64,000 nucleotides of DNA from Phoronis australis (taxonomy: Eukaryota > Animalia > Phoronida): positions 2,720 through 66,719 of the forward strand of contig NMRA01000320.1 in the NCBI GenBank assembly GCA_002633005.1. Direction: 5' to 3'. Below, piece by piece: positions 46,401 through 59,500 of the stretch. The position numbers were made by a program, and so were the translations under genes. Under the pieces are notes generated by a model. It made no database searches and was not told where the DNA came from. It saw only the letters and a program-made list of their open reading frames with translations. Numbering within the stretch: position 1 is the first letter of the stretch; each line of letters opens with the position of its first letter.

Positions 46401-47404
46401 CAGATTGTGTCTTAGTGTGGAATGGAAGAAATCTGACCAAGTCATCGTTTTTGAGATGTTCGTCGGACTCTAATGATAAAAATGGCAAGGTGCAAGGCTA
46501 AAAATCCCTCGCGCTATTCGAGCCTTGTTTCAGAGTTAACATAATGAGTTATGTTAAGAATGCCCTACAGCAGATAGAGCACTAGATGGTTCAACAGTGA
46601 CACGATATAGGATAAAGTGAAAACACGCATTTTAAAATAAAAGCCTATGAGCATTTATTTGGTGTTACAACTTCTGGTGTCAAGTGTCCAGATAGTGGGG
46701 TGTTTATTCGGAAAATTTTCTCTTAAAAACCCATTCAGTGTCAACTTTTGGTCACAAATTCAGTTTTGTGGACCATTAATCATTTATAAAAATAACCGAA
46801 GGGTTAGCGAATATGTATTTATTAACTTGATTTAGACCAGTTACTGCTGCGGGTCTCATCTCATTCCTTATTTCTCAGATTAGATGTGAATTCAGTGTTT
46901 GGAGAGAATTGACATTTCTTTACTGCTGCAGATCTTACGACAGAAATTTGAGTAATAAACTTGAGATATGTCCGAGGATGAGATATTTTTAAGCTTGGTG
47001 CTTAGCCAGTGTAATTATTCGTTTCCCTACCTCCAAGACAAAGAAGATGTCTATATGGGACTATCTCAGTATTATTTCTAGACTATAAACAGTGACTTCA
47101 ATAGTATGTATTGTGTAGCAATCACCATCCAACTCTCAAGAGTACTCATTGAACAGTCCTTATTCCTTCTAACTGCTAACTAAGGGAGATGATGTAAAAT
47201 CGTTTACAGCAAAATCTTCACCCAAACCTGGCCTTGTAGATGTTTCTGAAACTCTACATAAAAATATTCAACATTTTGAAATGCGTGCATGGCTCAAACA
47301 GGTTTTGTACAATTCGTATTTCATAAGAAATTTCTACTAGTGAGATGTTCAACATCTCTGAGATTAACCCAAGTCATTGTTTTTCAGACAACAGACCTTC
47401 TATA

Positions 47405-47549
47405 ATGTGTCTGCTCTTCGTATATATAAATCCCCATCCGACTCCAGACAGTTACTCATTGATAATTGCCAATACTCGGGACGAATTCTGCAAAAGAAGT
47501 ACCAAGCAAGCTGGACAATGGCTGCCTGATCATCCACATTGTGTAGGAG
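47405..47549 (+). CDS. TANGO2: TANGO2 coding exon 1
   Basis: Acceptor ttttcag at 47387, ATG 47405, MCLLFVYINPHP...RDEF, donor GTAATA. Confidence 0.9.
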
Positions 47550-50500
47550 GTAATAGGTAATATCTGTGGGTAGCAGTCACCTTTAAAGATTGGGCGAGGT
47601 AGCTGGTTGTGGTGGTATTTGTGTCTGGCGAAAACAAAAAACGAAATACAACCCACTTTTACCAACAGTTAGAATTGTGCTCTTTGTACTTTGGAAAGGG
47701 GGGCTAAAACATGTCTAGTATTTATACCTCACATGGAAAAGTCCAACTGAAAGATTATTGGTTACTTGCTGAGGTGGCTAGATTTGGAGACTTTTTAAAA
47801 CCACATCAATATACTGTTCAAACTGAAATTATATCAAAGCAAAATGGTGATCCTCCATCATGGTTTTATACCAACAGTCCAAATTTATATTAATATGGTG
47901 AAAAAGCAACCTAACTCTTTACCAGAAAATTGAAAACTGCACCCTATCTCAGCTGCGCGTATCCACTATGCCCATTACGTTGACTGCCCCCTGTAGGTAA
48001 CCAATTCACTTTGCACATCTCTCATCTTCATCTTTGAATAACGGTAATTATATTTGTTATGGTTACTGTCAACTTTCATGACCTTCATCGATATTTCAAC
48101 AAACTGTATATCATCCATACATATCACTATATCCACAAATATCACTATATCCATAAATATCACTATATCCATAAATATCACTATATCCATAAATATCACT
48201 ATATCCATACATATCACTATATCCATACATATCACTATATCCATAAATATCACTATATCCATAAATATCAGTATATCCATAAATATCACTATATCCATAC
48301 ATATCACTATATCCATACATATCACTATATCAATGAAACTCTGAATCCACGGTCTTGAATGATAAACCATTATTCAACTTATTATTATTTTTGAAAAAGG
48401 CCATTTTTGTGTTTGAAGTTGTGTTTTTAAAAACTGAACTGCAAGCAATTTTAAATTTGAAATATATTTTTATGGTTTATACCAAAAGGAAATGTTTCTC
48501 AATTTTCGTCTGCTGTCAAATTGTATATATTCGCTTACAACTTTTTACGCAGCTCTCGATTTCTTTTTTGAAACAATTTGCCAAGTTTTCATTTTTGATA
48601 TATGAAAAACCGGTTATTTGAGATATGTACGAAAGTTTACCCATAAAACAATTGGTAGACCATAAAACAACTGTGCAAATTTCACCGAAGACACTGAATC
48701 AATGTTCAAAATTGCTTAAAACACTGAAAATCGATAGGTCGAAAAATGTCTGATAAACAAGTATTTTATCATCTCCTACATAAAATATGTATAACTGCAT
48801 ACCAGGTAAAATTTATATTTCAGGTATTGACTTAGAAAGACCTGGATATGGTACATGGCTAGCCAGTTCTGAAAGTGGCAGAATTGCTGCAGTACTCAAC
48901 ATACTATCTCCCAAACAACATGCACAGGCTAACTCTAGAGGCAAGTCACCCACGACCCCTAGTGCAGTGTTAGCAGCGGTAGTAGATCACTTCACTCACT
49001 ATTTTTTTGTATATTAAAGCTGTTGGCTCGGACTGGAGGGTGGGCCGAACAGATGAAATAGGTACTATGTATATTGCACTTTTAGAAGTAGAATCTGTCT
49101 TGTGAGATAACTGATTTGTCGCATTGTGTCTGGGCTTGTTACAGTCTTTGTTGAGCTGCTAAATTGTCTGTACTATTTTATTCATAAAAAAACAGTTAGT
49201 AGTGAGTGTGCACATGTAAAGTCCTGGTGACAACCCACCATCACTGCTTGGTGGTTGGACCATGGACAGTTTTTCTAAGCCCTGTCCATGAACTTGAGGC
49301 TGTGAACCCATTATTGCTGCTTTGACATTCACCTTTGCGTAGAAAACACTGTTGCCACAACGTTCTCCTTAGGCAGCATATATTGAGCGGTGTTTTTGTA
49401 AATATAATTACTACCTTGTTGTGACATCCCATTTCACAAAATGACTAGTGTCAAATGTTAAGTAATTTTATTTTTTGACACATTACAAGAAATCGAAACA
49501 TGGAATATGACACGTTTACAGTTCTTGTTTTCCATGGTTATCCAGTATGGTCAGAATGGAGTCATCAACTCGTGGCTGCGTAAACTGCTATATTTTTGTG
49601 TTATCTTATTTGGCTACTTTTGACCCACTGAATCAGCTCTCACTGTCTGTATCTTTAATAGTTTACTAAATTGGTTTGATCTCATTTGAATATTCGCAAA
49701 TGTGAAGTGACTTGATATTGTACTGTTAGCAGAATGATTAGCAAGAGTCTGATATAACGTGCTTGTATTTTTAAAACCAGTTTGATGCTCATTACTCGGT
49801 GGAGAAAACTGGTTCTCAAAGTTTGGGCTCGTTACAACCAACCATTACCGAATGATGTGATGTATAATGAAATTCTAGAAGTGTCCAGTTTGCCCAGGGT
49901 GCATTACGTAGTCGCAAGAACCCAGTGGAAAAGTAAAATCGTGCAAAACTACACAAAATGGCATCCATTGAAGTGATTGGTCGGTGAGGTTTTTATGTTA
50001 ATTTATGTTTTAGAATTCGCCGTTTTCATTCCACAAGTGAAGTTTTCTGACTGCAAGTGCAGCAGAAGTCTCTTGTGTCTAGGAATGGTTTTTCTATGGT
50101 CTGTCTGTAACATTAAGTTCAATTTCTGTTGACAGGTGTCCTCGTCAGCGGTTATTTAACAGGAACTCAGGATGCCTTGTCTTACTTGAAGTCCTTAAAG
50201 ACATATTGTAATGATAGTCCTGACTGTCTGTACAACCCATTTAAGCTGGTGCTCATTGAAAGCAGGTATGGCAGGTATTAGAGATATTACAGTCATGGAA
50301 GACCCTAGAAAAAGTTCAAATTTGACTAACCTAGGAACATCCTGTCTCAGTAATGGCTGTTCGGATTCTATGCTTTAGGCAGTGTTCTCAAAACACTGTT
50401 ACGAGTCATTTTTAAAATGTGCCACTTTTACATGAGGCGCTGTAAAAATAGCACTTGAATGATTTTCTTGAAAAACTCGAAAGTTGCTTAAAACAAAAGC

Positions 50501-53500
50501 AAAATATTTAGTTAGAAAACTTAACTGTGTGTTTCAGATTTCCTGAAAATTTATATCAAATGAAATTAAGTCTTGTTTTGTGATCAATCTACCTTTCTTT
50601 TTTGAAATTTCACAAGCAAAAGACATGGTCATGTGACCTAGTTAATTTCAGTTTGGTAAAAAAGTCTGAAATAGAATTCTACAAGGCAAAGCTTTGTACT
50701 TTCATAAAATGTTACTGAGTTAAAATCTATATTTTTTGTACATATTTGGCTAAATACAGACTTGTATTAAAGCTGAATACAAATGGTATTCAGATATCAT
50801 GAGTTACATTGAATTGTACTTGCCATAAGGAAATCTGAAAACTACTGTTAATAATCACTTAAGTATTTTTTGACAAAAGATTTTCCGTTACTTTGCATCA
50901 AAACAGTGTTAGTTATGTTGAGGTCTGTAAACTGTCTCTCTCAGTTGTTCTGGAAGGTAAAATCAAACCATTCAGTTTCGTTACAGGAAGGATTGTGGAG
51001 GTTGGAACATGTACAGATGGTCAAATGAAGTAGACCAGGAGATCGAGTCTTACGCGGGGGGTGTGCATGTTTTCTGTAACAGCACCACAGATGCCAGGCC
51101 ATGGCGGAAAGCAATACACGGGAGAATGCTATTTGAAACACTTGTGGGGGATTGCAATCACATCAGCAAAGAGACAGAACTAGTCAACTCTCTATTTACT
51201 CTTCTGAAGGATAGAACATGGTAATTTCTTGTTCATCGCAGTGCAGTTTTCAAAAGTAGGCCGGTACTAAACCCTGCTTTACCCTCAGGGCTTGGAATTT
51301 TCCGCGGAAACGCGGATTTCCGCTTTTTTCAAATGTGCTTTCCACTTTTTTTATAATATTTCCGCGTAAAAAAATCGGATTTGATATAAAATTTCCGCGG
51401 CAAATTCCTTTCTTACCGCGGTGTTGCAGACGACGTTCACCTCGAAAAGCGGAAGTTGCTCTTTATGTTTCGGAGGAACGTAAATTGTCAACATTGCGGG
51501 GGCATCTGGGACAGCGTGGTGTGATTTTCAATGGCGTCTCGTGTTATTGTTAAGCGCGGCGGCAAATACTACCACTCTGCAGCCAAAAATGTGTGGGTTG
51601 GGAGTGGACGGGCGAGCTAAAAGGACGCAGACACATGCTACTGATGGTGGTAACGTTTTTTTTTTTAGTCCTCCCGATTTTTGTCGGGGAAAGGTTCACA
51701 TTGACCATTTCAAGACTGTTTATCGGGCATGATTTGGGCCGTAAAAGTTTCCGCGTTATTTGTCATTGGTCATTCCAAGCCCTGTACCCGAATAACGATG
51801 AAATATAAACTAAAAATGACTAGCGTATGAAGACTCTCCAAACTCCAAAATTTGTTTTGGTAGCTTCTATTTTATTTTGGCCTGAACTCATGATAGATGC
51901 TTGTTATTGTGCTCTGGTTTGGTTTGAGCAGGTGAGCGCCTAATTAGTTTACTCTTCGTGACTAATTAAATAAACTACAAGTGTGAGCTTGAACTCGTCT
52001 TTGTTGCTTGAAATAGGGATTATCGAGTGCAAGCTGGGATTAGAGAAATTTCCTTGTGTTAGAACTCTGCACAACAGCAGAAAAATGGAATTTTATTTTG
52101 CAAAATTCCCACACAAAAGTGAGCAATGTGAAACAGGTTGTTATCTTATATTTTGTACTATATAGCTATCATATAATAATATATAGTATCATCTTGAGCA
52201 TTTGCAGCAATTGCAGCTTCTGCAATTGAAAAGCGGATATTTTTTGCAATTACTTGATGTGCAATATGGGAGAACTGAAGTTTACCGTAAATCTGCAGGC
52301 ATAAAAATTGCTCAAACTAAAGGGGGGGTCAACTATTATTTATTATTATTTATTATTTTCAGTACTCTTCCTGATCCAGTTCTCGAAGAACAGGGGGCGT
52401 TTCTTCATGAAGTGTTCCCTGGACGCCTGGCGGAATTATCCCATATTTATGTTACTTCAAAGGATCCAGATTACGGAAGCAGGTACAAAAGTAATTGGTG
52501 TTATTGTCTACAAGTGGTTGCCATTGGAGATGATAAACATTAATACGAAATGCTGGTGGCAAATATCAGGAATTAAAATCGGTTTTTGGATTCCTGGAGA
52601 CCATTTTTGAGAAAATCAGCTGATTGAAGTGCAGTCCTCCAAATTGAAAGATGATGTTTCTGCGTGTCTATTTACCATGTTGAGTCGTGATGCGAACTTT
52701 GGTCACCGACTTTACCACTTACTTGCATTGTGGCAGATCACTGCACTGGTCATTAAAGTGATTTTAACTCATAATATGTGTTAAAACACAAGCATTTGCC
52801 TTACATGGTATTAAGGAGGCATGCCACCATATTAAACATGGAATTTAAACTGAATAAGACTTTGTTCGTAATTGCAGGCATAATCAGTAAACTTTACTGG
52901 ATTTCTAGTTTCGTTGTCGTAATATATTTTGCCACAACAACAGCGTCAGATAGAAGCCAGACGTTTATTCACTTGGTAGTCACCATGTTTGTTGTTAACT
53001 CCACAACTAACCGCTAGGTGGTCTTAATAAACAAAGGAACAACTATCATAACATAACATCTTCCCTTTCAAAGTTAAACACAAAACAAAATGCTAACGTT
53101 AATTTATAGTCCATAATACTGACAAATGTCCAGTCCGTTTGCTTGAATTGAACAGCAGTAGAGAAATAAGAAAACAAAACTAAAAACATGCAACAAACTA
53201 CACCTATACAAACAAATTGGGGGTAGAGGTTGCCAGCACTTACACCCTTGATGGATCCTCAGCACCCATCAAACTAATATGTAACATAATCCTTCAAATA
53301 CTGAGGCTGATGCCAAACTCGAGCAGACCTCTGAGGGTACTCTGACGCAACTGAACCGCTACCATCTAGAGCTCCTGATTCGGACATCGAGGGTTCTTTC
53401 GTAGGCTTGAGATGAACTCTTTCTGCGAAAGTTTTGACCGGATGGCATGGCCCCTATATATGATCGGTTTCTGAGCTTCTTTGTGACTGTCACTTGAGGC

Positions 53501-56500
53501 TATTTGACAATGCCTTGAGTGAACGGTTTCATACGAACAATGTCACCCTCTTGTAATGGCTCGAGGTCTTTCGCCTTCTTGTCATAATGCTCAACTTGTT
53601 TGATCTGTGAGGACTTACGCTGGGCACGCACTTTGTCTAAATCGATCTCCTGAGGTTCAAGTAGTCTTTTTTGTCATGGGTAGAAGCGTTTTCATGCGTC
53701 TGGACATTAGTCTCTGAGCGGGGCTGGTGTCGTATCCTTGACTTGGTGCGTTATGCTTGTCTAAGAGTGCTAAGTAGAAATAACCTCCTGATTCATATAT
53801 TTTCGTGATGAGCTGTTTTAAGCTTTTAACTGTAGACTCTGCCTTACCATTTGACCGACTATGGCATGGACTCGACGTAACATGCTCAAACTCCCAAGAT
53901 GACGAGAACAGCTTGAAGTCCTGCCAAGAGAATTGGGGTCCATTGTCCGAGATTACCACATCTGGAACACCATATCGAGCAAAATGCGTTTTCAGCTTGC
54001 GAATCACAGTTAAGGAACTTGTGTTGTCGATATGATCGATTTCGATGAAGTTGCTGTAATAGTCAACAATTGCAAAGAAATCACAATTGTGTAGACTGAA
54101 CAAGTCTACTCCAACCTTTGCCCATCGACGATTGGAAACATCATGTGGTACCAGAGTTTCTCTTTGATTGGATGTCTCGAACTGACGGCAAACAGAACAC
54201 TTCTCAATGTAATCTTTGATCTCCGAGTTCATGTGGCCAAAAAGACATTCTCGGGCTCTTCTAAGACAACCTTCAGTGCCTGTGTGAGATGAGTGGTTCT
54301 TCTCTTTCATAGTCTGGCGTTGACAGTGTGGAATAATTATTCGTTCTTCACGAAACATCAGACCATCTTGGACAGAAATCTCATCTTTGTGAGGGAAGTG
54401 CGGTAAGACACTTTGTGGTAAATTGCTCTTTTCGGCAGGCCATTCTGAGAGCACTGTTTCCTTCAGGCAAGGCATCAGCTGTCGTAGCTTCTCTCAGAAT
54501 ATTCAGTCGTCGTGTGGTCACACGTAAGTTGTCTATGTGGCTCACGTGATCAAATGAATCACTGTGGTCATCACTCTGGATAAATGCTTGGGAGAGTGTC
54601 AGATAGAAACACCTTGCCTTTGTGACACACTATATCTGTGTTGTAGTGTTGGAGCCGGATAAGCATGCTTTGCAATCTCTTGGGTGCTTTTGCGAGGGGC
54701 TTCTTAACGATATTTTCTAATGCCTCATGATCACTTTGGACAGTGACGGGGCGTCCGTAAGTGAACTGATGAAAACGCTCAACAGCATATACTATGGCCA
54801 GCCTTTCCTTTTCTGTTTGGGCATAATGATGCTCAGTTTCACTGAGGGGTATGCTAGCATATGCTAATGACTGTCCATCTTGTAAGAGAGCTGCTCCTAG
54901 TTCCTTGTCGCTAGCATCACATTGTACTACAATGGGCTTGTTGGGCTGGTAGTACCTGAGGACGGGTGTATGACAGGCTAACTTCTTCACTTCTTGGAAG
55001 GCCTTTTCTTGAGTTTCAGTCCATTGCCATTGTACATCGGTTTATGTCAATTGACAGATGGGCTCCATGACATCAGCGAGTCGTGGCCATCATGTAAAAA
55101 TACGTTTTGCCACAACAACAGCGTGAGGTAGCAGCCAGACGTTCATTCACTTGGTAGTCACCGTGTTTGTTGTTAACTCTACAACTAACCGCTATGTGGT
55201 CTTAATAAAACAAGGAACAACTATCATAACATAACAGTTGTTAAGCCCTTGCACTGCCAAGTTTTTAGGACAGCATTTCCCAGTGCCAATTAAGTTTTGA
55301 GGAAACTTAGAATAATAGGGTGCTGTCATGAAAAATGCTGTAAATTGTCCTTTGTTGGTGGATTGTTATGAAACGTTCAAGGTAAGATGTATGTACATTG
55401 TTCTATGGAATTTTGAAAGTATAACATCGTACATAAATCCAGGTGTTTGCCAGGTAGATTTCAGGTGAAAATTCGTACAGTCAATGAAGGGTTTGGGTTG
55501 AAATACATACCCTGGCCCTGCTACATACCTCATCAGCCTCTTTAGACTTGGATCCCAATTATTTTGAATTTTAGTCAATTAAACATGAGATTTGGTATTA
55601 CGAGCATCCTTTCGTCTGATGATGTTATTAAAAATGTAGTTGTCTCCCATTAAATATAAAATTATCTAGGTCTAGAACATATTCGTAGTCAGCTTGCTAA
55701 CTGGTGTGTTTAGCAGTGAAGGATAAGTCACGGAAAGGTGCATTTGGCAGTGAAAGATTTACCATAAAAATTTTAAAAGTCAACTTGCCTTATCAAAAAA
55801 ACCGAGACTTTGTAATGCAATTACAAGTACATTTTCAAAGAGGTGGTGTCTATTCGATTGTGTAACACTGGCTCGTGTGTACAGAAGCAATTTGTATGTG
55901 AATTTATGTCAACAGATTCTATGAATTATTATGAATGGTATCATGTGGTTGATTTGATTTATCATGCATGGTTGATCATCAATTGTAATAGTTTATATAA
56001 TTTTTTTATTGCTGACAAGTGATAAGTTATCAAAAGAGGTTTTCCACGAATGATATTATGAATGCTGATCAGACTTGCATAAAGCTGATTATCTTCTATC
56101 ATCAGTCTGATATGACTTCATATCAACTAAAATTGGCTTGAAGGATCCAGATTACTATCTGTATGAATACGTAGAATATTAAGGACAGTCTTATTATTCA
56201 GCATTTCTAGTACATTCGTGCGGTGTTTGGAAATATGACAGCTAATGCCTTCGGTGAACAAAAACCTAGACTCTTTCCTGGAAATAGTTTTAGAAAGAGG
56301 GTCCTTATCGTGGTACCAACGTTTTTTAAATCTCCATTGTGATTGATGTTGAGTGTTCACAGGTGACTATGATTACTGAGGGTCAAAATTACTGTTGTAT
56401 TTTCATTGTATTACAGAACTCAGACAGTTATATTAGTGGACCACTGGGGCTCATGCCAATTCCTTGAAAAAACTCTGAAGGATCCTGCCAGTTTTGTTAA

Positions 56501-56588
56501 TCCAGAATGGTTGACGACTACGATTTGCCAGAAGATGGCAGTTGGAACTGCAACAAAGAACAGTGCTCAGTCAAAGTCAAGCTTGTAG
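47405..56588 (+). CDS. TANGO2: TANGO2 (NRDE-family) protein, join(47405-47549,48824-48940,50136-50265,50987-51220,52363-52482,56417-56588), 305 aa
   Basis: MCLLF...IIANTRDEF, GTWLA...AVLN...SRGVLV, YNPFKL, PWRK, YGSRTQTVILVD are TANGO2 motifs; exons phase-consistent (918 nt). Confidence 0.93.
48113..48332. repeat. 18-bp minisatellite (ATATCACTATATCCATA[A/C]) about 12 copies
   Basis: Direct inspection; explains the repetitive ORFs in all frames. Confidence 0.95.
48824..48940 (+). CDS. TANGO2: TANGO2 coding exon 2 (GC donor)
   Basis: GIDLERPGYGTWLASSESGRIAAVLNI...NSRG; donor AG|GCAAGT. Confidence 0.88.
50136..50265 (+). CDS. TANGO2: TANGO2 coding exon 3
   Basis: GVLVSGYLTG...SYLKSL...YNPFKLVLIE; gacag / GTATGG. 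Confidence 0.9.
50987..51220 (+). CDS. TANGO2: TANGO2 coding exon 4
   Basis: GVHVFCNS...PWRKAIHGRMLF...LFTLLKD; ttacag / GTAATT. Confidence 0.88.
51286..51784. mobile_element. hAT-like MITE (CAGGGCTTGGAAT TIR), copy B
   Basis: Same TIRs and internal sequence as 42933-43427 in opposite orientation. Confidence 0.8.
52363..52482 (+). CDS. TANGO2: TANGO2 coding exon 5
   Basis: LPDPVLEEQG...LSHIYV...YGSR; tttcag / GTACAA. Confidence 0.9.
53657..54475 (-). pseudogene. Gypsy pol fragment: integrase (zinc-binding plus DDE core)
   Basis: HSSHTG...CSVC, VGVDLF...DYYS, ISDNGPQF, SNGKAES. Confidence 0.88.
54571..54990 (-). pseudogene. Gypsy pol fragment: RT connection / RNase H
   Basis: PVLRYY...VQCDASDKELGAALLQ...YAQTEKE...SDH. 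Confidence 0.88.
55241..55761. mobile_element. Degenerate piggyBac-like MITE
   Basis: TTAAGCCCTTGCACTGCCAA ... TTGGCAGTGAAAGATTTA imperfect TIRs. Confidence 0.45.
56417..56588 (+). CDS. TANGO2: TANGO2 terminal coding exon
   Basis: TQTVILVDHWGSCQFLEKTL...TAG; ttacag acceptor. Confidence 0.9.
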
Positions 56589-59500
56589 AGCGTGGTAGTT
56601 GAATTACCTTGTTCACAAATCGTAAATATGCGTGTGTTTAGTGATGACGTTTGCGCTATTATTATGACGCGATTTGGACTCACAAATGGGAATAGAAATG
56701 CAGTCGCATCTAATTTTTGAAAATTTCCAAGTCTTGTTTTTCCGATTTAGGTAACCACTAGGGCGATTTAGCACTTGGAATTTTCACAAAATTATGGGTT
56801 TGAATTAACTGCTGTTCACTGACAACAATTGCACTCATTGTATTCTCCCTGGGAATTGAGAAGGATTAAGATTGATTGGGTCCACTGCCATTTTCAAAGC
56901 GCTTAGTAATTTACACCACTAAGTAAATCTGTCGTAATTATTTTTATTTTTAATTTTGAAATTTTACTTTTATTTTGACTGGGTCAAAATGACGTCATAC
57001 TAAGCAAGCGAATTGAGATGACCAATTAACTTGAAAATCGTTTCACGTTAAGGAGTTGTTACACTTTTGTGGGTCATTATGATGTCATTTAATGTGCTCA
57101 TTGATTTCTTGGAAAGGTTGTTGAAGTTGAGCTTTGGTACTGTTTGTGCCAAGGCTGTATCGTCAGAAAATTGTGTGTGTAGAGAATTTATGAACTCTAC
57201 ATTTTGTTGCTCAGTTAAACTGTCTCAATACTTGTGGTCTTTCATTGTAATCTAAAGATTCTAGGTGTATTTGACATCTTATCAATGTGAATATAAATTT
57301 AGAAATTGAGGATATCAGTGCTACATCTTTCTCCATCATCATTGTGTGCAGAATTTGTAGACCACGCCGCCTCGCCGCTATGTCGGTATTTAGCCGTGAC
57401 TATACACTTTAAACAGTCAGTTCTGCTGTGCCCGGCCTCAAAAGTTTTGCTGATCTTGTGAGGAATGTGTCCCACTATGGTCTGGCCGTTGAGAACAGAC
57501 GTAGTGTACTTGTCAACGGCGTTGTATTGTAGGTATTTCCTGCCCTCAAAAGGAGTCCAAATTTCTTTGTACACGTAAAAATTGCGAATCGAAGACTTAC
57601 AAAAACTTGGCCAGTGTTAAAAGCACGTGGCCAGGAAGCGGGCGCTACATGCATGTACCTGTCATAAAAACATTAGTTGGGAATTATCCGTTCATGAAAT
57701 GGGTTGCATAGCATTGGCAAGAAATGAATTTTGGCAATAATTTCCGACAGTTTCTAATACTAAAAAAATGTTTGAATTATTAAGAGGGATTTTTTTATTA
57801 ATCATAATTGGTGTTTTTAAGCCAAATATCCGATAAAATGACCCCTGACAGTGAATGCTTACACACCCCAATGAGCTATACCATCATTGCACACCCTTAC
57901 ACCGAAAAATAACTGTCAGGTAGTCACGTACGCATCCAGCCACACGGTGACTAATATGGGCCTTACCGAGACAAATGTCGAACGTTTTTAGCACATGAGA
58001 TCGGCAAGTCCTGAATGAAACACGTTCTGCTTTGAGTCTACTGCTTGTGCTAATTTATTTAGATACAATTTATATCTAGCTCTCTGAGATTGCCGCTCGG
58101 GCAAATGAACTCTGGTGACACGCATACGCTTGCTTATGACTCACACCTGCAGACGAACTTCATAACAAATGTCACGGAACAACAACGTGTGTTCCTCCAG
58201 AGATTTTTCTTGTGTTGTCGATCATAGGTGGCACAATGTAGCACAGATTTGTACTTAATCTGCCGTTAATCCAGACTCCACGGGAACTTAAAAATCTTGG
58301 GGACGCTATTTGGAAAACTTCAGGAGGATTTCAGGTAATTTGCTTGAATCGAAACTGTATTTTTATTCAAGTATTCAAGTCGCCATATCGACGATTGCGA
58401 TGCAGTCAGTGGGCAAGTTTTCACCGTGGGATTTCAGGACAATTTTCTGTAAAATGATCGTAATTTAACAGCAAAGTTTTATAGCAATGTACCACACTAG
58501 AAAGGCTGTCATAGGTTACTGATTCGTCACAGAGCATCGATATGACGAATCTTAGCTTCCAATTTCACCGTTTCGGAGACCGGGTTTCAACCACCTTAGG
58601 TTACAATAAGCACCCCCCCCAGAAACAAAATTTTCTAAGCGCCCTGGGCGGTTATTAGGGTGAATACGATAGGGTCTATTTTTGTCTTACTACATGCCTG
58701 TCTATTCTCTCTGTAACAGACATATATTACATTTGTGCAATCACAGTTTCTCATTTCTTGGTCTCCATGCTTGTGAGCTTCAGGGCTTCATGGAATTTTT
58801 TTGTGATTGATCACTCCAATTTAATTACAGATTTCTGATTCCACCATGCCCTTAATTCCAAATTGTTCTTGATGGATAAAGACCCCCTTTGGAGGGAGGT
58901 ATATTTCTTATTTCTGGGGTATACATCTTATATGTTCAAAAATCCTACAAGATGGTCATGCCTGTGTAGCGGGTGTATTATGGTGGTGTCTATGAGAGAT
59001 AATTTTATTGGCAAAATACCCTGCCACCAATAGGATAGCGACATATCCCAGTCAAAAGTTGAGTAGAATAACGTCACAGTCTCAATACTACTCAGAGGTA
59101 CCCTAAACTGATACCAACCAGTATTTGATGCATAACAAGCCTGGATTGGAAATAGGAAATTTTAGTTGTATGGTTGTATCTAAATTCAATGAGAATTTAA
59201 AGAACTGTGAGTGTACAACTGCTTCAGTGAAACGTAGGACAAGTTAGGGCAGTATATGGTGTCTGGTGAAATGCTTCTCCCCCATACTTAAAGCTTCATA
59301 CAACGCTGTCTAGATTCATGCTTTGGGATGGGAACCCTTGTTTTATTTTGATGAAATAGTGGGCTGCCAGTTGTTCCTGAGCTCAGACATCATTTCTAAA
59401 CTGAGAAAGAATCAAGATAAGGCCAATTTTGTAATGGTTAGGGGTCTAAATTACAATTTTTTTCACAGAAATTAAGGATTTAGTGCCTCTTTAAATGTAA

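Larger units (their letters stand above)
52918..55236 (-). mobile_element. Internally deleted Ty3/Gypsy LTR retrotransposon in TANGO2 intron 5
   Basis: LTRs 52918-53058 and 55093-55236 (TG/CG...CA, ~141-144 bp), 5-bp TSD GTTGT, polypurine tract (- strand) at 53059-53070, RNase H (QCDASD..LGAALLQ..YAQTEKE) and integrase (HxSHxG..CxxC, VGVDLF, SDNGPQF, SNGKAE) remnants; gag, protease and most of RT absent. Confidence 0.93.

Noticed and set aside
47975-48370. Repetitive ORFs (MDIVIF..., HYIHKY..., ITISIN...)
   Set aside because: Translations of an 18-bp intronic minisatellite; identical-length units without unique spacers, so neither a gene nor a CRISPR array.
56045-56115. Possible intronic C/D-box snoRNA (several CTGA, ATCAGACT/AGTCTGAT stem)
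   Set aside because: No canonical RUGAUGA C box at the right position and no recognisable rRNA guide.
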